Positions 38,296-48,196 of a stretch of 64,000 nucleotides of DNA are shown here, piece by piece. The DNA comes from Candidatus Bathyarchaeia archaeon (GTDB taxonomy: Archaea; Thermoproteota; Bathyarchaeia; Bathyarchaeales; Bathycorpusculaceae). The notes beneath the pieces are model-generated. The model was not told the origin of the DNA, did not search any database, and worked only from the letters and a program-made list of their open reading frames with translations. The stretch is from the NCBI GenBank assembly GCA_038882655.1, contig JAVZNT010000002.1, positions 1 through 64,000 of the forward strand, in the 5' to 3' direction. The translations under genes and the position numbers were made by a program. How positions within the stretch are numbered: the stretch's first letter is position 1; each line of letters opens with the position of its first letter.

Positions 38296-38820
38296 ATGGT
38301 TAGGCGTGGTCTTTTTGTTGGAAGGTTTCAGCCCTTTCATAAGGGGCACCTTAACGTCGTGAAAGACATCTTGAAAGAGGTTGACGAACTTGTCTTAGTC
38401 GTTGGCAGTGCACAGTACAGCCACCGCATTGACAACCCATTCACAACTGGTGAAAGACTTGTAATGATTCGAAAAGCTCTGAAAGAGGCTGGAATAGATT
38501 TGGGTCGAATATGGATTGTGCCTGTTCCAGACGTCCACATCCACATGGTTTGGGTTTCAGCTGTTGAAGGTTATACGCCAGGCTTTGATGTTGTTTACTC
38601 CAATGAACCCTTAACACGGAGGCTCTTCATAGAAGCCGGCTACGAGGTTAAATCAATACGCTTCCATAAGCGGAAAATCTACTCCGCCACCGAGATAAGA
38701 GAAAGGATACTAAAAGACGGAAACTGGGAGGAACTTGTCCCAAAAAACGTTGCTGAATTTATAAAAGAGATTGGCGGCGTCGAGAGGCTTAAAGACCTAA
38801 CTAAAAGCGATAAAGTATAA
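38296..38820 (+). CDS. nadM: Nicotinamide-mononucleotide adenylyltransferase
   Basis: GRFQPFHKGH, GSAQ, NPFT.GER, SATEIR. Confidence 0.94.
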   Translation: MVRRGLFVGRFQPFHKGHLNVVKDILKEVDELVLVVGSAQYSHRIDNPFTTGERLVMIRKALKEAGIDLGRIWIVPVPDVHIHMVWVSAVEGYTPGFDVVYSNEPLTRRLFIEAGYEVKSIRFHKRKIYSATEIRERILKDGNWEELVPKNVAEFIKEIGGVERLKDLTKSDKV

Positions 38821-39592
38821 CTTTGTCCCCAGCTTTAGCTTTAAACGTTTCAGCAGCGTTTCCTTGATTTACTGATATCTCGAGAAAGTCGTGGCTACCT
38901 ATTATTGCCAGCGGCTTTTTGGCTGATACTTCGGCGTAAGCCTTGCAAAGCTTCAGCCTATACGTGGTCTTTCCAATCTTTATGTTTAAGCTTTCTCTTG
39001 TTCTAAGCGATTCCAACTCCCTTGTTGTGAAGTTTGTGATGATGTTACCGAAGTTGTCCACGTGGATGATTTCGCCAACCAGCGTGGAACCTTTCCTAAA
39101 GATTTTTGCGAATTGCGGTTTCACAATCTCGTGGATTTCTGGTCCAAACTCTGATGGTGAAACTCCTTTTGATAGATAGGCGGCTGCCGGAGCGAAAATG
39201 TCTCTTCCATGAAAGGTTGTTGAAACCTTTGGAAGCATGTATTTGGGATTTGTTATTTCATAAATGTGCCTTATGCCTTGTTTTTCTGCCGCCAAGGCTA
39301 AGACGCCGTTGTCTGGTCCTATGAAAAAGCTGATTTCTGTCTCTATTAAGATTGGTTTGCGTTTTGTTCCAACGCCTGGATCTATGACGGCTATGTGTAT
39401 TGTGCCTTTTGGAAAGTATGGTGCGGCACTTGCCAAAACGTATGCGCCCATTCTTATGTTGAACTTTTCTATTTGGTGGCTTATGTCAACTACTTCCACA
39501 GAGGGGTTTATGCCTAAAATGACTGCCTTAATCTCTGCTACATAGGGGTCTGCGAGCCCAAAATCTGTTGTCAATGTTATTAGCGGAACCAT
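38801..39592 (-). CDS. SAM hydroxide adenosyltransferase (DUF62, fluorinase/chlorinase family)
   Basis: LTTDFG, VIDPGVGT, GPDNG, TFHGRD, DNFGN. Confidence 0.92.
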   Translation of the reverse strand: MVPLITLTTDFGLADPYVAEIKAVILGINPSVEVVDISHQIEKFNIRMGAYVLASAAPYFPKGTIHIAVIDPGVGTKRKPILIETEISFFIGPDNGVLALAAEKQGIRHIYEITNPKYMLPKVSTTFHGRDIFAPAAAYLSKGVSPSEFGPEIHEIVKPQFAKIFRKGSTLVGEIIHVDNFGNIITNFTTRELESLRTRESLNIKIGKTTYRLKLCKAYAEVSAKKPLAIIGSHDFLEISVNQGNAAETFKAKAGDKVILYRF

Positions 39593-39724
39593 GGCTATAT
39601 CACAGTATTTAGCCTCGTTGGTTAAATTTTGCGATATTGTGCAATTTATTTATATGCAAGTTGCAAGCCAGCATTTTTCAAAAGTTGTCAGTTGTGAGGA
39701 GCGCACTTGCGAAGCTTCGAACAT

Positions 39725-40465
39725 ATGAAAAAGCGAAGATTTATGGTGATGGACGCACGAGGTTTAGCTTTAGTTATTAGTTTTTCAGCATTATACGCAG
39801 TTTTCTGCATATTTCCAATATTCCAGATTATTGGTTTGCCCAGCAAAGCCATAACAGCGGCGGCTGTCATGGCGCCGGTCATCGGTATGATTCTCGGACC
39901 CTACCTTGGAGCCTTCTCAACAATGGTTGGCGGAGCAATTGGGTTGTTAACGGGATTCTTCTCTCACATGAGCTTTGTTGCAGGTGTCGCCACTGCCCTT
40001 TGCGCTGGCTTCCTCTACACTGGTAGGCGGGATTTATGCGCCTTAACCTATTTCTCGCTTCTATTACTTTTCGGCTTCTGCCCCTTTGTTGGGCCAGTAT
40101 GGCTTTACCCACCACTAATGTGGTTTCAGATTTTAGGCCTAACGGTTCTAATTTCTCCATTACAATCTTTGGCTTTAAGAAATATGAAGAATGCAAAGAG
40201 CAATGGTATGCGCATTTTTGGCTTTTTCGTAACGTTTTTCGTCTCTACGTTAGCCGGGCAAATTGCTGGTTCATTTATGTTTGAGTTGACCTTCTGGCCG
40301 TTATTCACAGCGAATGTTAACGCTATAGGAGCATACTGGCAAATTATCACTTTTCTTTACCCAATTGAAAGGGTAGTCATAGCGTTAACTTCGACTTTCA
40401 TCGGCGCTGGACTGCATAAAGCCTTAAAACTGGAAAGCACTGGACAAAACCTCTTTAACGTTTAA
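39725..40465 (+). CDS. Membrane protein, ECF S-component-like
   Basis: About 7 TM, APVIGMILGPYLG and AxxxA-type patterns, ER near the C-terminus; start uncertain (39707-39749). Confidence 0.6.
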   Translation: MKKRRFMVMDARGLALVISFSALYAVFCIFPIFQIIGLPSKAITAAAVMAPVIGMILGPYLGAFSTMVGGAIGLLTGFFSHMSFVAGVATALCAGFLYTGRRDLCALTYFSLLLLFGFCPFVGPVWLYPPLMWFQILGLTVLISPLQSLALRNMKNAKSNGMRIFGFFVTFFVSTLAGQIAGSFMFELTFWPLFTANVNAIGAYWQIITFLYPIERVVIALTSTFIGAGLHKALKLESTGQNLFNV

Positions 40466-41224
40466 TTTTGGCTTGAAGCTGCTTATGAAAATGCACTGTT
40501 CGGGAAGCAGAGCCATATCCCTAGGACCATAAACTCCATCGTCAAATTTGACGGGTGCTCCTTTAATTAAAACTGCTGGAATTTTTTCCGAAGTTTCGCC
40601 CATCAAAAGGTGGGCTGCCGACGCCAAGTCGTCTGCCACCGCATGTAACGTGATAGCCAACTTTTTCCCAAAAATGTCCTTTTCACTTCTGCAGTCCTTT
40701 ACCGGTTTTAAGCCAGCAACTGCCAATGCTAAACCAGTTGTGCCAAGCCTTAATGGTCTTAAACCGCTGTCAACAATTATGACTGCAACGTTTTTCCCGG
40801 TTCTGTGCATTATCTCTTCCCTAATGTTTTTTGCCCATTTCTCCGGGTTTTTCGGCCACAAAACAACAGCATCTTGCGGGGCGTTTTTGTTGTCTATCCC
40901 AGCATTAGGCGTCAAAACACCATTTTTTAATGTCAATACAGCCTTTTTTACCCCGCCAAAGATTTCTTCCGCCTCTTGCATGATCAGTTCAGCAAGCTCT
41001 GGCGGTATGGCAAATTTGCTAGCAAGTTTTTCAGCCTCTTTAGACGGTTTGATTTCTTTTAGCTTCACGATGCGGCCTTCTGCATAGGCTGTGATTTTGG
41101 ACGCCAACGCTAAAATGTCACCATCATCAAATGTCAGTTCATGTTTCTCCATTGCCTTTAAAATGGTGTCAACTATGTTGTCTCCTTGTTTTATAATATC
41201 AGTTTCTATTGGAAAAAGTTTCAA
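40424..41224 (-). CDS. cofE: Coenzyme F420-0:L-glutamate ligase family (CofE)
   Basis: ASKI..AEG, NAGIDNKN, IVDS..RPLRLG, DIFG, ADDLASAA..MGE. Confidence 0.87.
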   Translation of the reverse strand: MKLFPIETDIIKQGDNIVDTILKAMEKHELTFDDGDILALASKITAYAEGRIVKLKEIKPSKEAEKLASKFAIPPELAELIMQEAEEIFGGVKKAVLTLKNGVLTPNAGIDNKNAPQDAVVLWPKNPEKWAKNIREEIMHRTGKNVAVIIVDSGLRPLRLGTTGLALAVAGLKPVKDCRSEKDIFGKKLAITLHAVADDLASAAHLLMGETSEKIPAVLIKGAPVKFDDGVYGPRDMALLPEQCIFISSFKPKLNVKEVLSSAFQF

Positions 41225-41229
41225 GGGCT

Positions 41230-41514
41230 TTATCCTCCGTGGGAAACTGGGATGAAAACCACCTCATCCCCGTCCTTCAGAACAGTTTCCAAACCTTTCA
41301 AGACACTGATTTCGCGGCCATTCACAATTATTAAGGTGTTTGGTCTCGGGTCACCCAATTCTGGGTCAATTAAGGCTCTTTCCATTTTTGGGAATTCCTC
41401 AATAACCCGCTTTAATGCTTCCTTGAGTTGCGCGCCTTCCTTTAGTTCTATTGTTACTTTGCTCTTGTTGGTTATGTTGCGGAAATTGCCAACAAACCTA
41501 AAGTTTACCTTCAT
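41230..41514 (-). CDS. MoaD/ThiS/SAMP ubiquitin-like sulfur carrier
   Basis: Beta-grasp pattern, VNG, LKDGDEV, C-terminal PVSHGG. Confidence 0.9.
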   Translation of the reverse strand: MKVNFRFVGNFRNITNKSKVTIELKEGAQLKEALKRVIEEFPKMERALIDPELGDPRPNTLIIVNGREISVLKGLETVLKDGDEVVFIPVSHGG

Positions 41515-41538
41515 CTTTCGCGTCCTTCTTTAAATGGT

Positions 41539-42915
41539 TTATAGTACTATGATGACTGAAACGTCGTTAACATTTGTGCCCGTTGGACCTGTCAAAATTA
41601 GGTCGCCCAATTGGGAAAAGAAGCTATAAGAGTTGTTGTCTGTTAAGAAATTCTCAGCCCTAAGCCCTAAGGCTTCTGCTCTGGCTATGGTTTTTCCGTC
41701 GGCTATTGCTCCTGCTGCGTCTGTTGGTCCATCCACTCCATCCGTGCTTAATGAGGCTATAACGACGCCTTCCAAGCCCCTAATTTTCAATGCAGCTGCT
41801 AAGGCTATTTCTTGGTTTCTTCCACCCTTGCCTTTTCCAGTGACCGTGACTGTTGTTTCGCCTCCAGCCACTATGCCCGCCGGTTTTTTAACGGGGTTGC
41901 CAGAGGCGGAAATTTCACGGGCTAGCGAAGCCAGCACTGTTCCGATATGCCTTGCCTCGCCTTCTAGAAGCGATGTTAACAAGAGCGAGTTCAATCCTTC
42001 AGATTTTAGGATTTCACATGCTGCTAAGCTTGCAGCTCTATTGTTCCCAATAATGACGTTGAAAACCCTTTCGAAGGCTTCGTCATCTGCCTTTGGTGTT
42101 TCTGGAATAAGCCTCTTCTCCCCATCTGTCAAGACTTTCTTTATTGATATTGGAGCTCTATCCCACAAGCGATATTTCTTCAAGACTTTTATGGCGTCGC
42201 TAAAGGTTGTTGAATCTGGAACTGTTGGTCCGGAAGCAATAAAATCTAGCGGGTCGCCTAAAACATCTGATAGGATAAGGTTTAGGATTGTTGCGGGATA
42301 AGCCTTCTTTGCAAGCCATCCGCCCTTAAACTCTGAAATGTGTTTCCTAACAGTGTTTATCTCGTTTATTGTGGCGCCGCACTTTAGCAAGTCCTCTGTT
42401 ATTTGCCTCTTGTCAGCCATCGTTATCTCGCCTCTTGGCATCGGCATTAGGCTGGAGCCTCCGCCTGAAATTAAGCATATAATCAAGTCTTCTTCGCTGG
42501 CTTTTTCGGCTATTTCAAGCATTTTTCTTGTTCCTTCAACTCCGGATTCGTCGGGGATTGGGTGGCTTGCCCTATGAAGCCTAATTATGCTTGTTTTATG
42601 CTTGCTTTCTTTTGGAATGTTGACGAGTCCGCTTGTGATTTTGTCGCCTAAAATCTCTTCTAGAGCTTCAACCATTGAACCGCTTGCCTTTCCCCCGCCT
42701 ATTACGTATACATTCTTGAACTTTTTAAGGTTAAAAGCGTGTCCATCCACGTGGAGAATTGAGCCTTTAAGCCTAAGTTTTGATTTAATTATCGATTTTG
42801 GGTCTACAGCTTTTATGGCGGCTTCAAGGCTTTTTATGGCTAATTCTCTAGCTATTTTATCAAGGTGCGTTTCACTGTTCTGAATTAATTGTTCTAAATT
42901 CTTAATAATTGTCAT
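41539..42915 (-). CDS. Glycerate 2-kinase (MOFRL family)
   Basis: GGGKAS, SHPIPD, LISGGGSSL, GGETTV, GGRNQE, TDGVDG, TGTNVND. Confidence 0.93.
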   Translation of the reverse strand: MTIIKNLEQLIQNSETHLDKIARELAIKSLEAAIKAVDPKSIIKSKLRLKGSILHVDGHAFNLKKFKNVYVIGGGKASGSMVEALEEILGDKITSGLVNIPKESKHKTSIIRLHRASHPIPDESGVEGTRKMLEIAEKASEEDLIICLISGGGSSLMPMPRGEITMADKRQITEDLLKCGATINEINTVRKHISEFKGGWLAKKAYPATILNLILSDVLGDPLDFIASGPTVPDSTTFSDAIKVLKKYRLWDRAPISIKKVLTDGEKRLIPETPKADDEAFERVFNVIIGNNRAASLAACEILKSEGLNSLLLTSLLEGEARHIGTVLASLAREISASGNPVKKPAGIVAGGETTVTVTGKGKGGRNQEIALAAALKIRGLEGVVIASLSTDGVDGPTDAAGAIADGKTIARAEALGLRAENFLTDNNSYSFFSQLGDLILTGPTGTNVNDVSVIIVL

Positions 42916-43007
42916 TTTGAGGCACCGTCGTGGCTTTTAAAGTTGGGAAATCGTAAATGTAATAAGCTGAGTGTTAATAAAGTGTTTTGCACCGCACGGT
43001 GAACATT

Positions 43008-44015
43008 ATGGCAAAGCCTAAGGTCTACGTAACCCGCGAGCTTCCAGAAAGAGGCATGAAAATAATAAAGGAGCGCTTTGACGCTGAAGTCTGGCCTGAA
43101 TATGGTCCGCCGCCAAAAGCGGAAATAATAAGGAGAGCAAGAAATGTTGACGCCTTAGCCACGCTCTTGTCAGATAAGATTGACGCTGAAGTTTTTGACG
43201 CTGCACCTAAACTGAAAATTGTTGCTCAGATGGCTGTAGGCTTTGACAACATAGACGTTGCCGAAGCCACGAAAAGAGGCATATACGTGACAAACACTCC
43301 TGGCGTTTTAACCGAGACCACAGCGGATTTTGCTTGGGCTTTGTTGATGGCCATTGCGAGGCGTGTTGTTGAGGCGGATAAGTATGTGCGCACAGGACAG
43401 TGGAAGGTCAGCTGGCACCCGAGCATGCTTCTAGGTAGAGACATTTACGGCGCAACGTTGGGCATCGTGGGAGCGGGCAGAATAGGAATGGCTGTTGTGC
43501 GAAGGGCAAAGGGCTTCAGCATGAAAATCCTCTATTATGATGTTGTTCCAATGCCACCAGAAATAGAGAAGGAACTCGGCGCAAAACGTGTGGACTTGGA
43601 CACGCTTTTAAAAGAATCCGACTTTGTCAGCATTCATGTGCCTTTAATGAAGGAAACATACCACCTAATCAATGAAGAAAGGTTTAAACTGATGAAGAAG
43701 ACGGCTTACCTAATCAACAATTCCAGAGGACCAGTTGTGGATGAAAAAGCCCTTTACAAGGCGTTGAAGGAAGGGTGGATTGCAGGCGCAGCCCTAGACG
43801 TTTTTGAGCAAGAACCTACGCCAGTGGACAATCCTCTCCTTAAGCTTGACAACGTCGTTGTAGCACCCCACATTTCAAGTGCCAGCTATGAAACCCGCTC
43901 AAGGATGGCTGAGATGGTCGCGGAAAATTTAGTTGCCTTCTTTGAGGGAAGAACTCCACCGAACCTCGTTAACCCTGATGTCGTCAAGGTGCGCCCACTA
44001 TCCAAGCTCTTCTAA
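43008..44015 (+). CDS. gyaR: Glyoxylate/hydroxypyruvate reductase
   Basis: AVGFDNID, NTPGVL, GAGRIG, NSRG, DVFEQEP, PHISSA; likely ATG 43008. Confidence 0.9.
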   Translation: MAKPKVYVTRELPERGMKIIKERFDAEVWPEYGPPPKAEIIRRARNVDALATLLSDKIDAEVFDAAPKLKIVAQMAVGFDNIDVAEATKRGIYVTNTPGVLTETTADFAWALLMAIARRVVEADKYVRTGQWKVSWHPSMLLGRDIYGATLGIVGAGRIGMAVVRRAKGFSMKILYYDVVPMPPEIEKELGAKRVDLDTLLKESDFVSIHVPLMKETYHLINEERFKLMKKTAYLINNSRGPVVDEKALYKALKEGWIAGAALDVFEQEPTPVDNPLLKLDNVVVAPHISSASYETRSRMAEMVAENLVAFFEGRTPPNLVNPDVVKVRPLSKLF

Positions 44016-44104
44016 CATGCCTTTTTAATCCCTTTTAACTGTAATGGTTAAATACTCTGTTAATGTTACTTTCAATCTCCATCTTTCGGATGTTGGTGTT
44101 GCTG

Positions 44105-45283
44105 ATGGTTTCCATATTTGCAGATAGAATGGCATCTCTTGGAACTGAAACGGCTTTTGAAGTGCTTGCCCGTGCAAAGGCTCTTGAAAGGCAAGGCAAA
44201 AATATAATCCACCTAGAAATAGGCGAACCTGATTTTGATACGCCCAAAAACATTAAGGAGGCTGCTGTGAAGGCTCTCTATGACGGCTACACCCACTATG
44301 TGCCAGCGGCTGGCATCCCCGAACTGCGGGAAGCCATAGCCGAGTACATTTCAAAAACTAGGAAAATCCCAGTAAACCCAGAAGAAGTTGTTGTTACGCC
44401 CGGAGCCAAGCCAATAATGTTTTTCGCCATATTGGCATGTGTGGAGCGTGGCGAGGAAGTCTTATATCCGAATCCAGGTTTTCCAATCTACGAGTCCATG
44501 GTAAATTTTGTTGGAGCCAAACCTGTGCCCATTCCGCTCAAGGAGGAGAACGATTTCAGACTGGACCACGAGTATGTTAAGGCTAAGATAACCAAAAAGA
44601 CTAAAATGATTATTTTGAACTCGCCTGAAAACCCAACAGGCGGCGTTTTGACAAGGGAGGATTTGAAGGTTATAGCCGACTGCATAGCCAACAGAAACGA
44701 TGTTATAGTACTTTCAGACGAGATTTACAGCAGAATAATCTATGAAGGAACCCACGAAAGTATTGCCTCGCTCCCGGGAATGCGGGAGAAAACCATAATA
44801 TTGGATGGCTTTTCGAAGACCTACGCCATGACTGGCTGGAGACTTGGCTATGGAGTTATGCGGAAAGACCTAGCTGAAAAAATCACGCAGTTAATGATTA
44901 ATTCGAACTCTTGCACCTGTGCCTTCGTCCAAATGGCCGGAGTTGAAGCCCTAAAGGGTCCGCAAGATTCCGTTGACAAAATGGTTGCAGAGTTTAGAAA
45001 ACGAAGAGAAGTCATAGTTTCTGGCTTGAACAACATTAAAGGCATAACTTGCAAGAAGCCTAAAGGTGCCTTCTACGTCTTCCCAAACATAAAAGGCATT
45101 GGAAAGAAATCCAAAGAGTTTTCAGATTACTTGCTCGATGAGGTTGGTGTGGCTGTTCTGCCGGGCACTTCTTTTGGGAAGTATGGTGAGGGGTATCTGC
45201 GCATATCCTTTGCGAATTCTGTTGAGAACATTAAGAAAGCTTTAGACCGTATAAGCAAGGCTGTTGAAAAGCTGAAAAGTTAG
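44105..45283 (+). CDS. Class I/II PLP aminotransferase (aspartate/aromatic type)
   Basis: IGEPDF, NSPENPTG, SDEIY, FSKTYAMTGWRLG, GAFYVF; likely ATG 44105. Confidence 0.92.
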   Translation: MVSIFADRMASLGTETAFEVLARAKALERQGKNIIHLEIGEPDFDTPKNIKEAAVKALYDGYTHYVPAAGIPELREAIAEYISKTRKIPVNPEEVVVTPGAKPIMFFAILACVERGEEVLYPNPGFPIYESMVNFVGAKPVPIPLKEENDFRLDHEYVKAKITKKTKMIILNSPENPTGGVLTREDLKVIADCIANRNDVIVLSDEIYSRIIYEGTHESIASLPGMREKTIILDGFSKTYAMTGWRLGYGVMRKDLAEKITQLMINSNSCTCAFVQMAGVEALKGPQDSVDKMVAEFRKRREVIVSGLNNIKGITCKKPKGAFYVFPNIKGIGKKSKEFSDYLLDEVGVAVLPGTSFGKYGEGYLRISFANSVENIKKALDRISKAVEKLKS

Positions 45284-45298
45284 ATGGCTTTTTAGCCT

Positions 45299-45679
45299 TT
45301 AATCTTCCACTTTTTCTCCTATCATTGTTTCAACGATTTCTGAGGCTAGCTGTATTAGGCTGTCTGCCTGCTTTACGGCTTTTTCCTCGTTAACCTCTTC
45401 AAGCTGTGCCATTTGCTGCATCATTCCCTCGATTTCCACCAAGCATCTTAAAACTGGGTCGTTTCCAAACTGCATTTTTTCAACAGCCTCTCTTACGACG
45501 TTTTCTATGAAGGCTGGTTCTCCTAGGCTGTAGTATATGGCGTTTCTAGCCTTTCTTATGGCTTCTAGGATTAGGCTTGGAGCCATGTAGGGCATTTTCC
45601 TAGCGGCTTCTAGTTCTGCTTTTGCCTCGCGCAAGTATCTCAAAGCCCACCCGCGCCTATACTGGTCCATCATAGCCAA
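45299..45679 (-). CDS. Hypothetical helical protein, HEPN-like N-terminus
   Basis: LRYLREAKAELEAA..AIRKARNA resembles HEPN helices; no clear RxxxxH. Confidence 0.5.
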   Translation of the reverse strand: MAMMDQYRRGWALRYLREAKAELEAARKMPYMAPSLILEAIRKARNAIYYSLGEPAFIENVVREAVEKMQFGNDPVLRCLVEIEGMMQQMAQLEEVNEEKAVKQADSLIQLASEIVETMIGEKVED

Positions 45680-45725
45680 CCGCCTCGTCTGCCCTTTTCT
45701 AGAAATGGAAGGCAGTCTAATAAAG

Positions 45726-45950
45726 TTACTCGCCTTCTTCTTGACTTTCGTTGGACGCTGATGTTTCCATGCCGGAATAAATGTGGGTTATGTACCCCGC
45801 AATCTGGTTTCGCACTCGCGTCGTTGCTCCCTGCAAAAGCATGGTTACAACACGTTTATTCTCTTCAAAGTTGCTGGAAAACTTGTTGGGAAAACGCCTA
45901 ATAAGTTCCTTGGCTATGCGTTTAATGTATTCTGTGCGAACTTTTCCCAA
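45726..45950 (-). CDS. rps17e: Ribosomal protein eS17
   Basis: MGKVRT, FEENK, RNQIAGYIT. Confidence 0.95.
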   Translation of the reverse strand: MGKVRTEYIKRIAKELIRRFPNKFSSNFEENKRVVTMLLQGATTRVRNQIAGYITHIYSGMETSASNESQEEGE

Positions 45951-46041
45951 CCTTCATTGTCCCCCAAGCATCCCTCATTTATACTGTTCCACACCGCTGG
46001 TTTAAAGTGAACATTCATAAACGAAAAGGCTAAATTTAAAT

Positions 46042-46848
46042 TTACGTGTCGCCACCCCTCGAATTTAACCTCACCCCGAAAAACTCCTCAAAATTCATCG
46101 CTATCTGGTCTGCGGCTTCCTCAACACTCACCCTTTTAATTTCAGCTATCGCGCCCACAACTGTTGGAATAAAAGCTGGAGTCGTCATTTTCCCATTGAA
46201 GGGGGCTTTAAAGTAGCGCACTGGTCCATCAGTTTCTGTTAAAAGATTTGTTAATGGCGCTTTTTTGACGACTTCACGTATGCCGTTTGAGTAGGCTGTT
46301 GGTGGTCCTTCGCTGATGTAGTATCCCCTTTCAATGGCTTTTGGTAGTACGCCTATAGGGTTGCTAAACCAGTGCAGAAGAACCCTCTTCGTATTGTAGG
46401 ATGGAAGTATATCCACTATATGCGCGGTTGTTCCACGAGAATGCACTATTACTGGGAGGTTTAGTTTTTCAGCTAGATGCAGCATTTCATCAAAAACCAT
46501 CAGCTGCTTTTCCCATATTTTCTCGTACTTATAGTCTAAGCCAACCTCGCCTATGGCTATTAAGGCCTTATTCTCTTTCTGTTTCGCTATGAGCTCAGTT
46601 GTTTGTTGCAGCTCCTCTTCGGTTAATGTGTTTACGTTCCATGGGTGGATTCCCAAGGCAGCATAAACCATCCCCTTATAGTGTTCGGCAAGCTCGAGGC
46701 TTTTCACGCTTGTATCTAAATTCATGGAATTAGAAACCAACGCTGTCAAGTTAGAGTTTCTTGCGTCAAAAATGATTTCTTCAACTTTCTCGGCGTATTC
46801 CTCGTCTGATAAATGTATATGGGCATCGACAAACTTTAGGGGCTTCAT
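46042..46848 (-). CDS. tatD: TatD-family hydrolase
   Basis: DAHIH, GIHP, IGEVGLD, VHSR, LHWF, ETDGP. Confidence 0.93.
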   Translation of the reverse strand: MKPLKFVDAHIHLSDEEYAEKVEEIIFDARNSNLTALVSNSMNLDTSVKSLELAEHYKGMVYAALGIHPWNVNTLTEEELQQTTELIAKQKENKALIAIGEVGLDYKYEKIWEKQLMVFDEMLHLAEKLNLPVIVHSRGTTAHIVDILPSYNTKRVLLHWFSNPIGVLPKAIERGYYISEGPPTAYSNGIREVVKKAPLTNLLTETDGPVRYFKAPFNGKMTTPAFIPTVVGAIAEIKRVSVEEAADQIAMNFEEFFGVRLNSRGGDT

Positions 46849-47009
46849 AGCGTATTCACTTTAAGCATAAAACTACAAGCCTAGGCATTTTTATAATTTC
46901 CTCTCTTAAATAAAGAAAGTTCGGCTTTAATGCCCAATTTTGGAAGATAAGATGCAATAAACGTTAAATATTGCTTTAAATAGAGAAAGAGGCTACAGGA
47001 GGAGTCTTT

Positions 47010-47231
47010 ATGGCAGATTTAGAGTTGGCAATTGCTCCCATGCACAGATTGTGTAAGAAGGCTGGAGCTGACCGCGTAAGTGAGGCAGCCGCTAGAGAGC
47101 TTGCAAAAGCCCTAGAAGAAATAGGAATAAAAATAGCCAAGGAAGCACTAGACTTTGCAATGCACACAGGAAGAAAGACTATAAAGGCTGAAGACATTGA
47201 GATTGCCGCCAGAAAAGTTATGGGCAGATAA
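47010..47231 (+). CDS. Archaeal histone (HMf-like)
   Basis: LAIAPMHRL.KKAGADRVS..A..HTGRKTIKAEDI histone fold. Confidence 0.95.
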   Translation: MADLELAIAPMHRLCKKAGADRVSEAAARELAKALEEIGIKIAKEALDFAMHTGRKTIKAEDIEIAARKVMGR

Positions 47232-47237
47232 CACTAC

Positions 47238-47259
47238 TTCTCCCTCTTTTCTTCTTTTT
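47238..47259 (+). terminator. Pyrimidine/oligo-T tract, archaeal-type terminator of the histone gene
   Basis: TTCTCCCTCTTTTCTTCTTTTT just after the histone stop. Confidence 0.55.
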
Positions 47260-47342
47260 GAATAGTTACGGCTAGCAATGTATATAAGAAGCAAACTGGA
47301 ATCTATCCCATAGCCTAAAACCGTTTAGGGAGATGTCGGTTA

Positions 47343-47669
47343 ATGGGTGGGAAAAAGAAACTCAGCTTGAAACAGATGGAACGCATGCAGACGCGTAAGG
47401 ATGAAGAGGAAAGAAAGAAGAAGGAAAAGGATAAAGAAAAGGCGGCTAGAGAGAAAAAGCTGGCTGGTGTATTTGTACCAGACGTCAAAGGCGAAAAGAT
47501 TCTCGATGAATTGAGGAAGATGCGGGCTTTAACGCCCTATGCTGTGGCAACTCGCTTCAACATTAGGATAAGCACAGCTAAAGATTTTCTTGAACAGCTT
47601 GAAGAAGACGGCTTGGTTCAGCTGGTTTCCGGAAACCATAACATTAAGATATATAAGGCTGTAGACTAG
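47343..47669 (+). CDS. rps25e: Ribosomal protein eS25
   Basis: MGGKKK, basic N-terminus, LTPYAVATRFNIRISTAK..L. Confidence 0.9.
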   Translation: MGGKKKLSLKQMERMQTRKDEEERKKKEKDKEKAAREKKLAGVFVPDVKGEKILDELRKMRALTPYAVATRFNIRISTAKDFLEQLEEDGLVQLVSGNHNIKIYKAVD

Positions 47670-47719
47670 CCGCTCCCTTTAATAACACTGTGTACCTAAA
47701 TTTTTACGGTTGAAGTCGT

Positions 47720-48196
47720 TTGAGTTATCCAAAAAGAGTGTACACCACCAATGAAGTCAAGGAAGCAGAAAAACTTGTCAGAAAAGGCTATCGGCACCGC
47801 TTAACAGTTAAAGGAAGCCCAGATTTTAAACAGAAAGTTAGAGCCGCATTGAAACTCGTTAAAACGGCAGGGTACTATGACTTTTTGAGGTCATATATCA
47901 AAAGTATAACCGAAATCGACGGTTTTACACAGCTGCGGGAGTCTGAAGCTTCTATTTGGGCAAATAAGTATGCAGTGGCAAATCCCGTTGATGCTGCAAG
48001 CCTTTTTGTGCAGAAGGTACACCACATGAAGGAGTATCTTGAAGGAAAAATGTATTATGGCGGAGAAGCCGAAAGACGTTCTGTAGAAAAACGCATAGAG
48101 TTCCTTGAAACATTAAAGAAGAGAACCCGCAAGAGGAACATTAAAGAAGAATGTGAAAGGCTTTTAAAAAGCTGGAGCGAAAGCGTGTTCCTATAA
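47720..48196 (+). CDS. Hypothetical protein
   Basis: 158-aa ORF filling the gap between rps25e and the next gene; no recognised motif. Confidence 0.7.
   Translation: MSYPKRVYTTNEVKEAEKLVRKGYRHRLTVKGSPDFKQKVRAALKLVKTAGYYDFLRSYIKSITEIDGFTQLRESEASIWANKYAVANPVDAASLFVQKVHHMKEYLEGKMYYGGEAERRSVEKRIEFLETLKKRTRKRNIKEECERLLKSWSESVFL

Noticed and set aside
40424-40465. 42-bp convergent gene overlap as antisense regulation
   Set aside because: Convergent 3' overlaps recur across the window (1786, 6777, 23332, 32759, 38801, 48191, 56599) and fit general genome compaction.
45299-45679. HEPN toxin-antitoxin or defence system
   Set aside because: No adjacent MNT gene and no clear RxxxxH; flanked by housekeeping genes.
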